This document shows positions 62,575 to 64,000 of a stretch of DNA of 64,000 nucleotides, piece after piece. The position numbers and the translations under genes are program-made. The notes below the pieces were generated by a model. That model was not told where the DNA came from. It did not search any database and worked only from the letters and a program-made list of their open reading frames with translations. Each line of letters opens with the position of its first letter. Positions within the stretch are counted from its first letter, which is position 1. The stretch is from Alphaproteobacteria bacterium (GTDB taxonomy: Bacteria; Pseudomonadota; Alphaproteobacteria; UBA828), in contig CBDEUT010000006.1 in NCBI GenBank assembly GCA_965243375.1, positions 64,131-128,130 on the forward strand, read 5' to 3'.

Positions 62575-63771
62575 ATGGCAAAGCCAGATTCCCGCCCTTC
62601 CTTCGCCCGTCGCATCGCGGCGGCCCGGCCCCGCGAGAAGGAGTATGCCGTCTGGGACGACGCGATCTCCGGGCTCGGTGTGCGCATCTACCCGAACGGC
62701 GCCCGGCGCTTCTTCCTGCGCCGCCGGCTGCCCGACGGCGGGGTGCGTTCGGTCACCCTCGGACCTGCCGACCGGATGAGCCTGCCCGAGGCGCGCAACC
62801 AGGCGCGCCGGGCGCTCACGACCTTGGTTGAGACGCCGGAGACGGGGGACGGCCCCCGATATCCCGGCCGTCCCATGACGGAGTTCGCCGAGGAGTTCAT
62901 CGAACGTCACGCGCGTCACTGGAAGCCGAGCACGCTGGCGGGCAACCGGCGCTTCATCCGCGACGTCATCCTGCCCGCCTTCGGGGACATGACCGTGGAC
63001 GCCATCGCGGTCGAGCACGTTCAGGACTGGTTCGCCTCCATGGCCAACCGGCCCGGCACCGCCAACCGGGCGATGCCGGTGCTGTCGGTGATGATGAAGA
63101 CGGCCGAACTGTGGGGCTATCGCCTCCACAACACCAACCCCTGCCGGAACACCCGGCGCTACCCGATGGCGCCCAAGGAACGCTATCTCACGCCCGAGGA
63201 GTTCGCCCGGCTCAACGCCGTGCTCACCCGCGACGAGTTCTGGTGCCCGCATGTCGTCGCCGTCATTCGCCTGCTGCTGCTGACCGGCTGCCGGGTCGGC
63301 GAGGTCCTCGCGCTCGAATGGGACTGGATCAGGGACAAGCGCATCATGCTTCCCGATTCGAAGTCGGGGCCGCGCACGGTGTGGCTGTCGGGAGCCGCGC
63401 GCGCGGTGATCGATGCGATCCCGCGCTACGGCGAGGACTGCCCGTATCTGTTTCCGGGCCGCCCGCCGACCCGGCCGATCCGGAACATCGACGTGCAGTG
63501 GGGCCGTATCCGCCGCGAGGCCGGGCTGTTCGACGTGCGCCTGCATGACTGCCGGCATAGCTGGGCCTCCGTCGCCGCCATGAACGGCGTGGACATGGTG
63601 ACCATCGCCAAGCTGCTCGGCCACGCCCTGGTCGAGACCACCGAGCGCTACGTCCACCTGTCGGACCGGTCGGTCGCGGAGGCCGCCGAGCGCGTCTCCG
63701 GGCGCATCCAGGCGGCGCTGGCCGGAAGCGGCCGGGAGCGGGAGGGAGGGGGCGGCCATGCCGACGGTTGA
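62575..63771 (+). CDS. tyrosine integrase, 398 aa (identical copy of 11063-12259)
   Basis: Identical protein sequence; part of an inverted repeat longer than 1.7 kb. Confidence 0.85.
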   Translation: MAKPDSRPSFARRIAAARPREKEYAVWDDAISGLGVRIYPNGARRFFLRRRLPDGGVRSVTLGPADRMSLPEARNQARRALTTLVETPETGDGPRYPGRPMTEFAEEFIERHARHWKPSTLAGNRRFIRDVILPAFGDMTVDAIAVEHVQDWFASMANRPGTANRAMPVLSVMMKTAELWGYRLHNTNPCRNTRRYPMAPKERYLTPEEFARLNAVLTRDEFWCPHVVAVIRLLLLTGCRVGEVLALEWDWIRDKRIMLPDSKSGPRTVWLSGAARAVIDAIPRYGEDCPYLFPGRPPTRPIRNIDVQWGRIRREAGLFDVRLHDCRHSWASVAAMNGVDMVTIAKLLGHALVETTERYVHLSDRSVAEAAERVSGRIQAALAGSGREREGGGGHADG

Positions 63772-64000
63772 CCTGACCGCGAAGCTCGCCCGCGACAGCC
63801 GGCCCGGCGAGAAGGAGACCATCCTGTTCGACCGGGCGCTGCCGGGCTTCGGGCTGCGCATCCATCCGAGCGGGCGCAAGGTGTGGATCGTCCAGGCGCG
63901 CATCGACGGCCGGACCCGGCGCCTGGGCCTAGCCCGGCACGGCGAGATCGCGCTGGCCGAAGCGCGGCGCCGCGCCCGCGAGATGCTGGCGCGTATCCGC
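63761..64000 (+). CDS. tyrosine integrase, 391-aa type, 5' part (runs off the window)
   Basis: MPTVDLTAKLARDSRPGEKETILFDRALPGFGLRIHPSGRKVW... identical to the N-terminus of 9901-11076. Confidence 0.8.

Larger units (their letters stand above)
62383..64000 (+). repeat. inverted repeat of the tandem-integrase module; partner at 9900-12452 on the minus strand
   Basis: Identity ends exactly at the 12-bp core GCGGCAGGTGTG (12441-12452; reverse complement CACACCTGCCGC at 62383-62394). Confidence 0.8.

Overview
High-GC (about 68%) mosaic accessory region of a proteobacterial replicon, probably an alphaproteobacterial plasmid or integrative element. Almost everything here is mobile DNA or cargo. (1) Bases 1-2308 are the right end of a tRNA-anchored island: a low-GC segment, a P4-type tyrosine integrase and a 3' half of tRNA-fMet as att repeat. 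(2) A 4380-bp four-gene transposon is present in three copies. Two copies are identical and inverted (3487-7866 and 29920-34299), each with its own 4-bp target-site duplication. The third copy (about 15950-22950) is diverged and split by an intact IS66 element carrying an 8-bp target duplication. The transposon encodes a Cys/His-rich protein, a Mu/Tn552-like DDE transposase, a TniB/MuB-like AAA+ ATPase and an unusual RecA-fold (AAA_25, RepA-like) ATPase with a C-terminal winged helix. I do not recognise this gene set as a described transposon family. Copy A splits a large serine recombinase gene and copy B splits an IS3 remnant; both host ORFs can be rejoined in frame across the insertions. 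(3) A module of two overlapping tandem tyrosine recombinases occurs twice as an inverted repeat longer than 1.7 kb (9.5-12.45 kb and 62.38-64 kb), delimited by a shared 12-bp core. (4) The cargo between the repeats includes a VapBC pair, a Calx-beta surface protein preceded by an 11-unit octanucleotide repeat, a 3xHTH/dead-IS630-transposase/SIS-domain fusion protein, IS5 and IS3 remnants, and an ankyrin-repeat protein. A roughly 21-kb array of same-strand genes (35-56 kb) resembles a conjugative-element leading region or anti-restriction island. It contains a 1511-aa N6-methyltransferase/SNF2 helicase, an SOS-response-associated peptidase (SRAP), RadC, a GHKL ATPase, an 850-aa ParB-like protein, a MoxR AAA+ plus VWA pair, a NADAR protein, an HU-fusion protein and many small proteins of unknown function. 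Many long ORFs in the six-frame track are antisense artefacts of the high GC content and are not called.
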